Shown piece after piece: positions 45,619 through 54,523 of a stretch of DNA of 64,000 nucleotides; the first letter of the stretch is position 1; the number at the start of each line of letters is the position of its first letter. Source of the DNA: Parasphingorhabdus sp. Its GTDB lineage: Bacteria > Pseudomonadota > Alphaproteobacteria > Sphingomonadales > Sphingomonadaceae. A program made the position numbers and the translations under genes. The stretch lies in contig NZ_JBDWYO010000001.1 of NCBI RefSeq assembly GCF_039982395.1, positions 928,698-992,697 on the forward strand, written 5' to 3'. Below the pieces are notes generated by a model. That model saw only the letters and a list, made by a program, of their open reading frames with translations, was not told the origin of the DNA and made no database searches.

Positions 45619-47969
45619 TCATGGGGTTTTGGCTAGCCGAGAAAAGAACTGGTCAGCGCAGCAGCTTCATCCAGCGTTTCGATCCCCGTTTCTGGACGAT
45701 CAACTTCCCGCGTCCGATGATGGCATCGGTTGTGACGACGGCTGCAGATGCGCTGCGTGTGGATGCGATTTTCTACAATAGCGATGATCTTGCGGGCCTG
45801 ATCTGGGAAAGCGAAGACACGCTCGATCATCCGCTGCTCGCCTATGAAACCGTGCGCGACTATGCACGGCTCAAATGGGAATTTCATTGGCGGTCTTCGG
45901 GTATCATGCCGCTCGATGCCATCAACGGACCGACACTGACTATCGAAGGTCGGGATGCAGCGGGGGTTGCCAAATCCTGGTATGTCCGGCTCTGGAACTA
46001 TGCCAGCGGTACGCCGACGGATGCGCAGATTTCTATAGAATTTTCCAAGATGGATGGCGGCTTTCTTCTGCCGGGGGAAGCCGACCCGGTCTTTCCCGAA
46101 GATATCGACCGGCTATCTATATCCATCATTCCGCCTGACTATGATGGACTGGGTGCCCGCTACACCACACCGAAAATCGGTTGGATCGAAATGAGCGGCA
46201 TCCGGACCGACGGTCGGGGCGCTGTGCTGGAAATCGGTGATATCATGCTGCCGGAAAACGGGCTCGCCATGGCGACCGCTTATGATGACAGTTTCAACCA
46301 GACGCCGGAGCGCTTGTTGAGGATGGTGCGGGCCCTGGGCTATCGCGGGTCGATCAATCATTATCTCGGAATGAGTCACTATTTTCGATTGGAGACTCTG
46401 GGGGAGGGACTCTACGTGAGCCTGTCTGCGCCGCAAGCGGGAGAGGAATATGCTGCGATCAATCAACCGGCAACGGCTTGGCACCGTGATCTAATCACCC
46501 GCGCCGAGGCCATGGGTTTTTCGTTGATTCTGTCGCTTTCTTACGAGCTATTTGATGCGCATTGCTGGAACGACTGGAAACAGCGCGCGGAAAATGGCGA
46601 CCCGGCGCTGACCGGCTGGGAGCCTCCTTCGACCTTATTGTCTCCAGCCAACGGCAATGCGATGGCCTATCTACAAGCCGTGGCCCGGGCTTTTGCGGCG
46701 ATTGCGCGAGATGCAGGTGCGGCGATCCGTTTTCAGGTGGGGGAGCCATGGTGGTGGATCATGCCGGACAAGCGGATTTGCCTCTATGATGCTGCGGCCA
46801 GTGCAGCCTTTGGCGAGAGCTCTGTGAGCATCACGAATATTGATGGCCCGAAAACGGAGGCGCAAAATGCGATGCTGGATCAGGCGGGAGCCTTGTTGGC
46901 CCAATCGACGGCTGATCTGCTGGTTGCGGTAAAGGATGAGGCGGGTGCAACGCCAGTGGAAACCCTTTTGCTGGCCTATTTACCAACGATTCTGGATGAT
47001 CAGGCCCCGGAAGCGCGGCGCGCCAATTTGCCACTGGGCTGGGCCAGTCCGGCGTTCGATATATTGCAGCTGGAAGATTATGACTGGGTGATTGCCGGAG
47101 ATCGCCCTGCCACGGAGCGTGGCGTCGCCTTGGCAATCGATCAACTGGGCTATCCGATTGCACAGCAGCATTATTTTACCGGCTTCGTGCTGCAACCGGC
47201 GGACCGCTTCATCTGGGCCAATATGGTCGACGCCATTGCCGATGCCCAAGCGCGCGCGACGCCGGAGATTTTTGTCTGGGCGCTGCCGCAAGTGGCGCGG
47301 GATGGCTTTACCTATTTTCAAGAAGAGGAAGAGGATGTGAACGCATTTGACGATGTGCAATTCCCGCTGGCCATTGGCCAGAACGCCAGCGTGTCGCCTG
47401 GCTTTTCTACCCGGATCGTCACGACCATGTCCGGTCACGAAACCCGCAACAGCGACTGGTCCGATGCGCGATTGGAATTTGATGTCGGACCGGGCGTCCG
47501 GAGCGAGGAGGAATTGCGGATATTGATCGCATTTTTTCGAGCACGGCGGGGAGCGGCTAAGGCCTTTCGTTTCCGTGATCCTTACGATCATAGTTCGCGC
47601 GAAATGGTCGGTGAACCAACGCCAAACGATCAGTTGTTAGGCATAGGCGATGGCCAAAAGACGGAGTTTTCACTGGTGAAGGGCTATGGTGATCCGGCCG
47701 GAGAGCCCCAGTTGCGCAGAATTACCCGGCCCGATTCGGCATCGCTGCAGATTGCGATCGATGGACAAGTGACTGGTCACTGGACGCTTGGCCCCGCTGG
47801 CGTAATCGCTTTTGATACACCGCCAAGCCAGGGCAGTGACATCACCGCCGGTTTCCGCTTCGATGTGCCGGTCCGCTTTTCCAGCGATCAGCTACAGATG
47901 AACCAAGCGACCTTTCAGGCTGGCGAAATTCCGGAGATTCTCCTGGTCGAGGTTCGGGAAGGATCATGA
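45615..47969 (+). CDS. 784-aa protein: unrecognised N-terminal region of about 570 aa fused to a C-terminal DUF2460 distal-tail-protein domain
   Basis: ORF track (TTG 45615 or ATG 45621). The DUF2460 signature FDDVQFPLAIGQNASVSPGFSTRIVTTMSGHETRNSDWSDARLEFD begins only at about codon 575 (nt 47337). Confidence 0.75.
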   Translation: MIMGFWLAEKRTGQRSSFIQRFDPRFWTINFPRPMMASVVTTAADALRVDAIFYNSDDLAGLIWESEDTLDHPLLAYETVRDYARLKWEFHWRSSGIMPLDAINGPTLTIEGRDAAGVAKSWYVRLWNYASGTPTDAQISIEFSKMDGGFLLPGEADPVFPEDIDRLSISIIPPDYDGLGARYTTPKIGWIEMSGIRTDGRGAVLEIGDIMLPENGLAMATAYDDSFNQTPERLLRMVRALGYRGSINHYLGMSHYFRLETLGEGLYVSLSAPQAGEEYAAINQPATAWHRDLITRAEAMGFSLILSLSYELFDAHCWNDWKQRAENGDPALTGWEPPSTLLSPANGNAMAYLQAVARAFAAIARDAGAAIRFQVGEPWWWIMPDKRICLYDAAASAAFGESSVSITNIDGPKTEAQNAMLDQAGALLAQSTADLLVAVKDEAGATPVETLLLAYLPTILDDQAPEARRANLPLGWASPAFDILQLEDYDWVIAGDRPATERGVALAIDQLGYPIAQQHYFTGFVLQPADRFIWANMVDAIADAQARATPEIFVWALPQVARDGFTYFQEEEEDVNAFDDVQFPLAIGQNASVSPGFSTRIVTTMSGHETRNSDWSDARLEFDVGPGVRSEEELRILIAFFRARRGAAKAFRFRDPYDHSSREMVGEPTPNDQLLGIGDGQKTEFSLVKGYGDPAGEPQLRRITRPDSASLQIAIDGQVTGHWTLGPAGVIAFDTPPSQGSDITAGFRFDVPVRFSSDQLQMNQATFQAGEIPEILLVEVREGS

Positions 47970-48784
47970 GCCTCGACTGGTTGGACCGGACCGTCACGAC
48001 CAGCGCCTATCTCTGGCGATTGGAACGCGAGGATGGCATCGCGCTGGGGTTTACATCGCATGACAGTGATCTGGTGATTGATAGCTTTCGCTATCGGGCA
48101 TCACCAGGAATGGTGCCGTCCTCGATCGTGCTGACCGACAGCCTGGAAATCGACAATGTCGAAATTGCAGGCGTTATGACGAGCGCGGCGATTGCCGAAG
48201 CAGATTTGATCGCGGGTCGCTGGGACGGCGCGCTGCTATATATAGCGTTGATCAACTGGGAGCAGCCGGATGCCGAACCGCTGCCTTTGATTTGCGGGGA
48301 ATTTGGTGAGATCATCCGGTCAGGAGATGGCTTCACGGTCGAGATGCTGGGCGCCACGTCTTTTCTCAATGAGCCAATTGCTCCGCTCACCTCTCCCACC
48401 TGCCGTGCTGAACTGGGCGATCGTGCGTGCAAGCTTAGCTTGCACCGCTACGAGCGACAGGGACGAATCATTTCGGTTGGCGAGGACGAGATCGGGATTG
48501 AAGGTCTGAACGCTGCTGCCTCTGATTATATATTCGGTTCTCTTCGCTTTCTCGACGGCCCGAATTGCGGGCTCAGCTATGCGATTATCGACGGGCAGGG
48601 GGATGTTGTCAGGCTTGCTGACAGGCCGGATCAATCCGCTGCCTTGGGCAATCGGGTTTTGCTCACTCAGGGCTGCAACAAGAATTTCGCGACCTGCCGG
48701 GACCGCTTTGCCAACAGCATCAATTTTCGCGGAGAGCCTTATCTACCCGGCAATGATCTGCTCACCCGCTATCCCGGCGCATGA
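47966..48784 (+). CDS. DUF2163 / BR0599-type baseplate hub protein
   Basis: ORF track, 272 aa, with TSAYLWRLEREDGIALGFTSHDSDL and a C-terminal GCNKNFATCRDRFAN. Confidence 0.8.
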   Translation: MSLDWLDRTVTTSAYLWRLEREDGIALGFTSHDSDLVIDSFRYRASPGMVPSSIVLTDSLEIDNVEIAGVMTSAAIAEADLIAGRWDGALLYIALINWEQPDAEPLPLICGEFGEIIRSGDGFTVEMLGATSFLNEPIAPLTSPTCRAELGDRACKLSLHRYERQGRIISVGEDEIGIEGLNAAASDYIFGSLRFLDGPNCGLSYAIIDGQGDVVRLADRPDQSAALGNRVLLTQGCNKNFATCRDRFANSINFRGEPYLPGNDLLTRYPGA

Positions 48785-49203
48785 CAAAATTCCGGAACGC
48801 TGCAGAAAAGATGAAAGAGAAAGCTCTGTCTTTATGCGGGTGTGAATTTCGTCTGCATGGCCGACACGAGCATTTTGGTTTGGACTGCATCGGTCTGGCT
48901 GCCCAATGTTTATGCGCGGCGGACTTGGAGTGCCAGATACCCAATGGCTATTCGATCCGGGGCGGGTCTGAAGCGACGATCAATGGTTTTATGACGGATA
49001 TTGGGTTTAAGCGGCTCGCGCCAGAAAGCGCGCTTTGTGAAGGCGATATCATTCTCGTTCGGCCCAGTCCGATCCAGTGGCATTTTATGATTAGGGCCAA
49101 TGACGGTTTTGTTCACGCGCACGCAGGTCTTGGCAAAGTGGTATTCTGTCCCGGCGATGCCCCTTGGCCGATCATTACGATTTTCAGATTGATGGAGGAT
49201 TGA
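48781..49203 (+). CDS. NlpC/P60 family cell-wall peptidase of the GTA baseplate
   Basis: ORF track, 140 aa, with GLDCIGL (catalytic Cys) and downstream His residues. It sits between the hub and g15-like genes. Confidence 0.7.
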   Translation: MTKFRNAAEKMKEKALSLCGCEFRLHGRHEHFGLDCIGLAAQCLCAADLECQIPNGYSIRGGSEATINGFMTDIGFKRLAPESALCEGDIILVRPSPIQWHFMIRANDGFVHAHAGLGKVVFCPGDAPWPIITIFRLMED

Positions 49204-51432
49204 ATGGCGACATTGGTTTTGACCGCCGTGGGTTCTGCTATTGGCGGGCCAATCGGTGGTTCGATCGGAGCGATTGTCGGTCAACAGCTTGATCAGAACA
49301 TTCTCTTCAAACCGAAAGGACGGGAAGGTCCGCGACTGCAGGAACTGGCCGTCCAAACATCGAGCTATGGATCCCAGATACCCCGTATATATGGCAAGAT
49401 GCGCGTAGCGGGGACCGTGATCTGGGCAACCGATCTGAAAGAGAGCCGAAGCCAGGAAGGTGGCGGAAAAGGAAAGCCGAGCACAACAATATATAGCTAT
49501 TCGGCTTGCTTTGCTGTTGCCCTTTCCAGTCGCAGAATCAGAGGTATCGGTCGAATTTGGGCAGACGGAAAAATTTTCCGGGGAGCAGCGGGCGATTTTA
49601 AAACTGAGACACAATTTGCTTTTCATCCGGGAGGCGAAGACCAGGCGGTTGATGGGCTGATGGCTAGCGCAGAAGCTGCCGGCGGGACGCCGGCCTATCG
49701 CGGCCTTGCCTTAGCTGTTTTCGGTGACATGGATTTGACGGATTACGGCAATCGCATTCCGTCCCTGACGTTCGAAGTCATTGCCGAAGACGGCTCGGTG
49801 GCCATTGCTGATATTATCTCTGATATTTCGGGGCAGCGAATTGTCCCGCAGCTGGCCGACACAGTGATCGGTTTTTCTGCTGGCGGAGAAGATCGCCAGG
49901 CCGCGATACAGTCTTTCTCAAATATTGTCCCGCTGTCATTCTCATCCAACCCAGAGGCCATTGATCATATCGGAGCCCAAAAGCGCTCGGATGTCCAGGC
50001 GCCAGCTGCCGAGACAATCGATAGCGAATTCGTTCGGGCGGCCGGGCGGCAGAAAGTTGCACTGCCCGAAGCACGCACCGCATCAGCGGCATCGACACCA
50101 AAAAAATTGTCGGTTCGCTATTATGATCCTTCTCGCGATTATCAATCGGGTGTTCAGTCAGCGTCGCGCCCGGGAAAAGGGCGAATCACCCTAGTCCGAG
50201 AATTTCCAGCCGCCATGGCGGCGAATGCAATGCGAACCATCGCTACAACGGGCCTTTGGTCCGAATATGACGAGCGTTCAGCTTTGCAAATTGCGGTGCG
50301 TTTGCAGGGCGTCTCTCTTCGGCCCGCGATGTTGCTTGAGTTCACGTCTTTTGAAGGTCTGTGGCGTATTCGCGAATGCGAGATAGGTTCTGGATTCGTG
50401 CAGCTTTCGCTGACGCGGGTGCGTGGAAATGACAATCCAAGCCCGATCGAATCGGATCATGGCCGGAATGTAGCGGATTCCGATCTGCGTGCAGGAGCGA
50501 CTCATCTTTTGCTGGCTGATTTGCCGTTTGCGATCAATGCGCCGAACATGTTGTCGCACAGCGCTAAACTCTATGCTTTGGCGGCGGGCGATAAGGGTTG
50601 GCGCAACGCCCAGCTGTTTGCGTCCGGAGCAGATGGTGCGCCGAATGAATATTTTGGACAGATTCCGTCCCCGTCCATCATTGGCGCCACCTCGGGGGCA
50701 CTGCATTGGGCGAATCCGGCCTTGATTGACCTGGTCAACCATATTGACGTAAATTTGCATCATCCGGAGATGGTGTTGACCCATGCCAATGATGCCCAGT
50801 TGCTGACCGGCAGAAATATCGCCTTGATCGGGCAAGAAATCATCCAGTTTTCCAACGCTACACCCCTTGGATTAGGGCGTTTTCGTCTGTCTCATATGAT
50901 AAGGGGGCTTGGTGGAACAGAGACGGAAATCGAGCGGCACAGCGCTGATGAAGATTTTGTCCTGCTGGATTCGGGATCGATGTTGGACATTAGCGCGATG
51001 GTCCGAATGCCGTTTGTGCCCATCACTCTATTTGCCTTGGGACGAGATGATCCTGCCCCGGTTCCTGCAACCTTGCAGTCGCCGGGGCGGGCCTTGAAGC
51101 CGTGGTCCCCCGTTCATCCGACATGGCGTTTTTTGGCGGGCGGTGATCTGGAAATCGCTTGGACGCGGCGGTCTCGAGCCGGATTGATCTGGCTCGATCA
51201 AGTCGACGTGCCGTTGGGCGAAGAGATTGAGAAATATCGGATTATGCTGGTTGCGGATGGCGGTGAAGGCCCCGGAATGCCCTTTGAATCGCCGGTACCC
51301 CAGATCATTGTGCCTCTGGCGCAAATCGAGTCGTTTCAGCTTCTTAATGGCGACAGCAGTCTAAACGTCAGAATATATCAAGTCGGAGACCATGGTCTGT
51401 CCCAAGCGTTGGGCTTTCAGATACCGCTTTGA
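49204..51432 (+). CDS. g15-like host-specificity / baseplate multidomain protein, short form (742 aa)
   Basis: ORF track. It has the Gly-rich N-terminus MATLVLTAVGSAIGGPIGGSIGAIVGQQLD, then GPRLQELAVQTSSYGSQIPRIYG, typical of GTA g15. It is much shorter than the roughly 1300-aa R. capsulatus protein. Confidence 0.75.
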   Translation: MATLVLTAVGSAIGGPIGGSIGAIVGQQLDQNILFKPKGREGPRLQELAVQTSSYGSQIPRIYGKMRVAGTVIWATDLKESRSQEGGGKGKPSTTIYSYSACFAVALSSRRIRGIGRIWADGKIFRGAAGDFKTETQFAFHPGGEDQAVDGLMASAEAAGGTPAYRGLALAVFGDMDLTDYGNRIPSLTFEVIAEDGSVAIADIISDISGQRIVPQLADTVIGFSAGGEDRQAAIQSFSNIVPLSFSSNPEAIDHIGAQKRSDVQAPAAETIDSEFVRAAGRQKVALPEARTASAASTPKKLSVRYYDPSRDYQSGVQSASRPGKGRITLVREFPAAMAANAMRTIATTGLWSEYDERSALQIAVRLQGVSLRPAMLLEFTSFEGLWRIRECEIGSGFVQLSLTRVRGNDNPSPIESDHGRNVADSDLRAGATHLLLADLPFAINAPNMLSHSAKLYALAAGDKGWRNAQLFASGADGAPNEYFGQIPSPSIIGATSGALHWANPALIDLVNHIDVNLHHPEMVLTHANDAQLLTGRNIALIGQEIIQFSNATPLGLGRFRLSHMIRGLGGTETEIERHSADEDFVLLDSGSMLDISAMVRMPFVPITLFALGRDDPAPVPATLQSPGRALKPWSPVHPTWRFLAGGDLEIAWTRRSRAGLIWLDQVDVPLGEEIEKYRIMLVADGGEGPGMPFESPVPQIIVPLAQIESFQLLNGDSSLNVRIYQVGDHGLSQALGFQIPL

Positions 51433-51477
51433 ATTCACTCCATTTTTTCTCCATCTTCCTACTAGAAAGAATAGAAT

Positions 51478-51927
51478 ATGACGATATCAAGGACCGCCAG
51501 AATCGAACTTCCTTTGCTCGCCGTCGGACAATCCCACAAAGAATTGTTCCACAACGAAGCCCTGGCACGACTCGATTTTGTGCTTCATCCGCACGTGCAG
51601 GCGATCGAGTCCGATCCCTCCAGCCTAGTGCCAGAGAACGGCCAATCCTGGCTGGTTGGCGCAGATGCGACAGATGCATGGGCGGGCCGGGAAGATCAGA
51701 TTGCGGGTTGGACAGGAAATGGCTGGTTGTTCATCGCGCCACTGGCTTTGATGCGCGTTTTTGTTGAATCCATCGATAGTTTTGCAACTTATCGGGGGGC
51801 CTGGCAATTGAACGACGCGGTCACAAGCCCTTCAGGGGGCTCAGTGATTGATACTGAGTCGCGGTTTGCGATTGATTCGCTTTTGGCGGCGCTTCAAGAA
51901 CAAGGAATCCTCAAGCCCGGCCTATGA
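51478..51927 (+). CDS. DUF2793 domain protein (GTA-associated fibre/spike candidate)
   Basis: ORF track, 149 aa, with ELPLLAVGQSHKELFHNEALARLD. Confidence 0.7.
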   Translation: MTISRTARIELPLLAVGQSHKELFHNEALARLDFVLHPHVQAIESDPSSLVPENGQSWLVGADATDAWAGREDQIAGWTGNGWLFIAPLALMRVFVESIDSFATYRGAWQLNDAVTSPSGGSVIDTESRFAIDSLLAALQEQGILKPGL

Positions 51928-52118
51928 AAACGATTCTTGAGAGCCGCAGGTTAGAGAATTTTACGAAGACAGCTCAATTTGAGAGCAATTTTTCGGACTA
52001 AACGCCGCAAATGGCGACATTTTCGCAACAGTTCTGCAATTTGGCCGCTTGCACTGTTCGAGGCGAGGGGTTAGAACGCGCCGTGAATTTTAGAACCTAA
52101 TTGAGAAGGGGAATTTAA

Positions 52119-53228
52119 ATGCGGAAGCTTGCCTTAGGAATGGCGCTTGCCTCCACGGCGCTCGCCACACCGGCTCTGGCTCGTGATGACCAGTGGTATG
52201 TTGGTGTTGAAGGCGGTGCGATGCTTGTTGAAGATATTTCAACAAATGTTGCCGGCAATATTGGTGCGTTCGAAACAGATCATGACACCGGTTATGATAT
52301 CGACGGCATCGTAGGTTATGATTTCGGAGGTTTCCGTCTGGAAGCCGAAGTTGGATATAAAGCAGCGGCTGCCAATCGCGCGCAAATCGGCGCTCCTGGC
52401 ATTCCAAGCTCCGCAAACGGTAGCGGTATTACTCAGACTGGCGTTCGCACGATCAATGGCGAAGTAAATGCGCTCAGCTTCATGCTGAACGGACTGCTCG
52501 ACTTTGGTGATGATGACGGCATCCAGGGTTTTGCTGGCGGCGGCGTCGGTGTTGCTCGGACTGAAGTAACCAATGTCTTCGCTGGACCATATATCAATGA
52601 TTCGGACACTGGCTTTGCATGGCAGTTGCTTGCAGGCATCCGCGCTCCTTTGAGCGATAGCTGGGATGTCGGTTTGAAATATCGTTATTTCAACGCTGAC
52701 AAAATCAACCTCGTTGACCAACTTGGCCGTACAGCTGATACGCGTCTGCGGACCCACTCAGTTTTGGGTAGCTTGATCTACAACTTCGGCGGCGAACCAG
52801 CGGCACCACCGCCACCACCGCCTCCACCACCACCACCACCGCCACCTCCACCACCGCCACCACCGCCACAGACGGTATGTGCGCCTGGCCCTTATATTGT
52901 GTTCTTTGACTGGGATCAGTCAGACATCACACCAGAAGCGGCTTCGGTTCTCGACAATGCGGTTACCGCATATGCTGATTGTGGTTCGGCTCAGGTCATG
53001 TTGGCTGGTCACGCTGATAAATCTGGTTCTGCCAGCTACAACGTCGGCCTGTCTCAGCGTCGTAACGGTGCTGTTCGTGCGTATCTTGAATCGCGCGGAA
53101 TTGGCGGCGGCGCTATCTCGAGTGAAGCCTTCGGTGAATCGCGTCCTCGCGTTGATACCGCAGACGGCGTTCGTGAGCCTCAGAACCGTCGTGTTGAAGT
53201 TATGTACGGACCTGGTTCCGGTAACTAA
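52119..53228 (+). CDS. OmpA-family outer membrane protein (beta-barrel, poly-Pro hinge, OmpA_C domain)
   Basis: ORF track, 369 aa. It has a signal peptide, alternating beta-strand N-terminal half, a Pro run, then VFFDWDQSDITPEA...AGHADKSGSASYNVGLSQRR. Confidence 0.88.
   Translation: MRKLALGMALASTALATPALARDDQWYVGVEGGAMLVEDISTNVAGNIGAFETDHDTGYDIDGIVGYDFGGFRLEAEVGYKAAAANRAQIGAPGIPSSANGSGITQTGVRTINGEVNALSFMLNGLLDFGDDDGIQGFAGGGVGVARTEVTNVFAGPYINDSDTGFAWQLLAGIRAPLSDSWDVGLKYRYFNADKINLVDQLGRTADTRLRTHSVLGSLIYNFGGEPAAPPPPPPPPPPPPPPPPPPPPPQTVCAPGPYIVFFDWDQSDITPEAASVLDNAVTAYADCGSAQVMLAGHADKSGSASYNVGLSQRRNGAVRAYLESRGIGGGAISSEAFGESRPRVDTADGVREPQNRRVEVMYGPGSGN
52806..52865 (+). repeat. run of 20 consecutive proline codons (CCA/CCG/CCT) in the OmpA hinge
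   Basis: Counted codon by codon in frame with the ORF starting at 52119. Confidence 0.9.
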
Positions 53229-53255
53229 TACCGACATTACGATAAATTGTGAAAA

Positions 53256-53282
53256 GGGCTGGTCTTCGGACCGGCCCTTTTT
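53256..53282 (+). terminator. intrinsic terminator after the ompA-family gene
   Basis: GGGCTGGTC-TTCG-GACCGGCCC (one G-U pair), followed by TTTTT at 53278-53282. Confidence 0.7.
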
Positions 53283-53495
53283 CGTTTCCGGTCTGCGTGA
53301 TAGCGGCGTGTCAGGATCTTGCCATCATCCGGCTACCAACAGGATGGAAGAAATGCGCAACGGCATGGCGAGCGCCACGAACCGGACCGCAGCATCGGCA
53401 GCCGTGTTTTCTAAAAATATATAGTAGATAAGTGGGTAGCGAACGCCAGCCTGCATCTGCAGGCCCGCATCCTCACAACGACAATCTGATATTGC

Positions 53496-54152
53496 TTAGC
53501 CCAAAAGGCTTTCAAACAATGCGATTCCGTCGGTTCCACCATGTTTGTGGTCAATGGCACGCTCCGGATGGGGCATCATTCCGAGGACGTTTCCGGATTC
53601 GTTGATAATCCCAGCAATATTGCGCGAAGAACCGTTGATATCGCTGCGGTAACGAAACACAATGCGATCGTCATTCTCCAACCGATCAAGCGTGTCATCG
53701 TCGGCGAAGAAATTGCCGTCATGATGCGCAACCGGGATCGAAATGGGTCTCTTGTCCGAATAGCGCGTTGCAAATCTATTATTGGTATTTGTGACATCAA
53801 GATCTGCATCTTTGCAGACAAAATTGATGTTGCTGTTTCGCATAAGCGCACCAGGCAACAGGCCCGTTTCGGTCAGAATTTGAAATCCGTTACACACGCC
53901 CAATATATTGATGCCGCTCTGCGCAGCCGCCATGATTGCCGGGACAATGTTGGACCGCGAAGCCATTGAGCCGGAGCGCAAATAATCGCCGTAGGAAAAG
54001 CCTCCGGGGATTGCGATCATGTCCAATCCGGAAGGCAGTTCGCTGTCGCCATGCCAGACCATATGCGGCTTTTTGCCCGAAACTGTTTCAAGGGCGACAG
54101 CCATGTCGCGGTCGCAATTCGATCCAGGAAAGACGATCACTGCTGATTTCAT
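53496..54152 (-). CDS. purQ: phosphoribosylformylglycinamidine synthase subunit PurQ
   Basis: ORF track, 218 aa, with [16 protein letters not shown] and GVCNGFQ. Confidence 0.9.
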   Translation of the reverse strand: MKSAVIVFPGSNCDRDMAVALETVSGKKPHMVWHGDSELPSGLDMIAIPGGFSYGDYLRSGSMASRSNIVPAIMAAAQSGINILGVCNGFQILTETGLLPGALMRNSNINFVCKDADLDVTNTNNRFATRYSDKRPISIPVAHHDGNFFADDDTLDRLENDDRIVFRYRSDINGSSRNIAGIINESGNVLGMMPHPERAIDHKHGGTDGIALFESLLG

Positions 54153-54406
54153 CAGGAGGTAGACTCCAGCGCCGTTTCCGGTAGTTCAATTTCGTAATTT
54201 TCGATGACTATGTTGGCGAGCAATTTGTCGCACATTTTGTCGATCTCTTCCCGACTGACAGATGGATCGACATCAAGCTCGATCAATTTTCCGGCCCGAA
54301 CATCATTAACTCCAGAAAAGTCCAAGCTTTCCAGGGCATGATGAATAGCTTTTCCCTGAGGGTCCAACACACCATCTTTTAGCGTTACGAATATTCTGAC
54401 TTTCAT
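54152..54406 (-). CDS. purS: phosphoribosylformylglycinamidine synthase subunit PurS
   Basis: ORF track, 84 aa, with [21 protein letters not shown]. Its stop overlaps the purQ start. Confidence 0.9.
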   Translation of the reverse strand: MKVRIFVTLKDGVLDPQGKAIHHALESLDFSGVNDVRAGKLIELDVDPSVSREEIDKMCDKLLANIVIENYEIELPETALESTS

Positions 54407-54523
54407 CTTGCGCCCTCGCGTTTTTCAACCGCCAATGATGCTTGCTATAGCGTCAAGTTTTGCAGGGGCAAGGGCAAGAAAGAAAAATGGAAAAGGCGAG
54501 ACGCAAATTGCTGCGATATTCTA

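Larger units (their letters stand above)
36080..51927 (+). mobile_element. RcGTA-type gene transfer agent head-tail structural cluster (not an intact prophage)
   Basis: There are 19 co-oriented genes in canonical order: TerS-like, TerL, portal, protease, capsid, connector, adaptor, tail terminator, tail tube, chaperones, tape measure, DUF2460, DUF2163, NlpC/P60 and g15-like. Many stop/start overlaps. No integrase, replication, lysis or att features. Confidence 0.8.

Noticed and set aside
36080-51927. Interpretation as an intact or inducible prophage
   Set aside because: No integrase, excisionase, repressor, replication or lysis genes lie inside or at the borders. There is no flanking tRNA or direct repeats. 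The size and gene order are those of a GTA. The only S24 repressor is 32 kb away and separated by housekeeping genes.
53249-53431. 60-aa plus-strand ORF downstream of the ompA-family gene, and the overlapping 52879-53424 ORF
   Set aside because: The first starts inside the ompA terminator stem. The second is an out-of-frame overlap of the OmpA C-terminal domain. Neither has a Shine-Dalgarno or any motifs.
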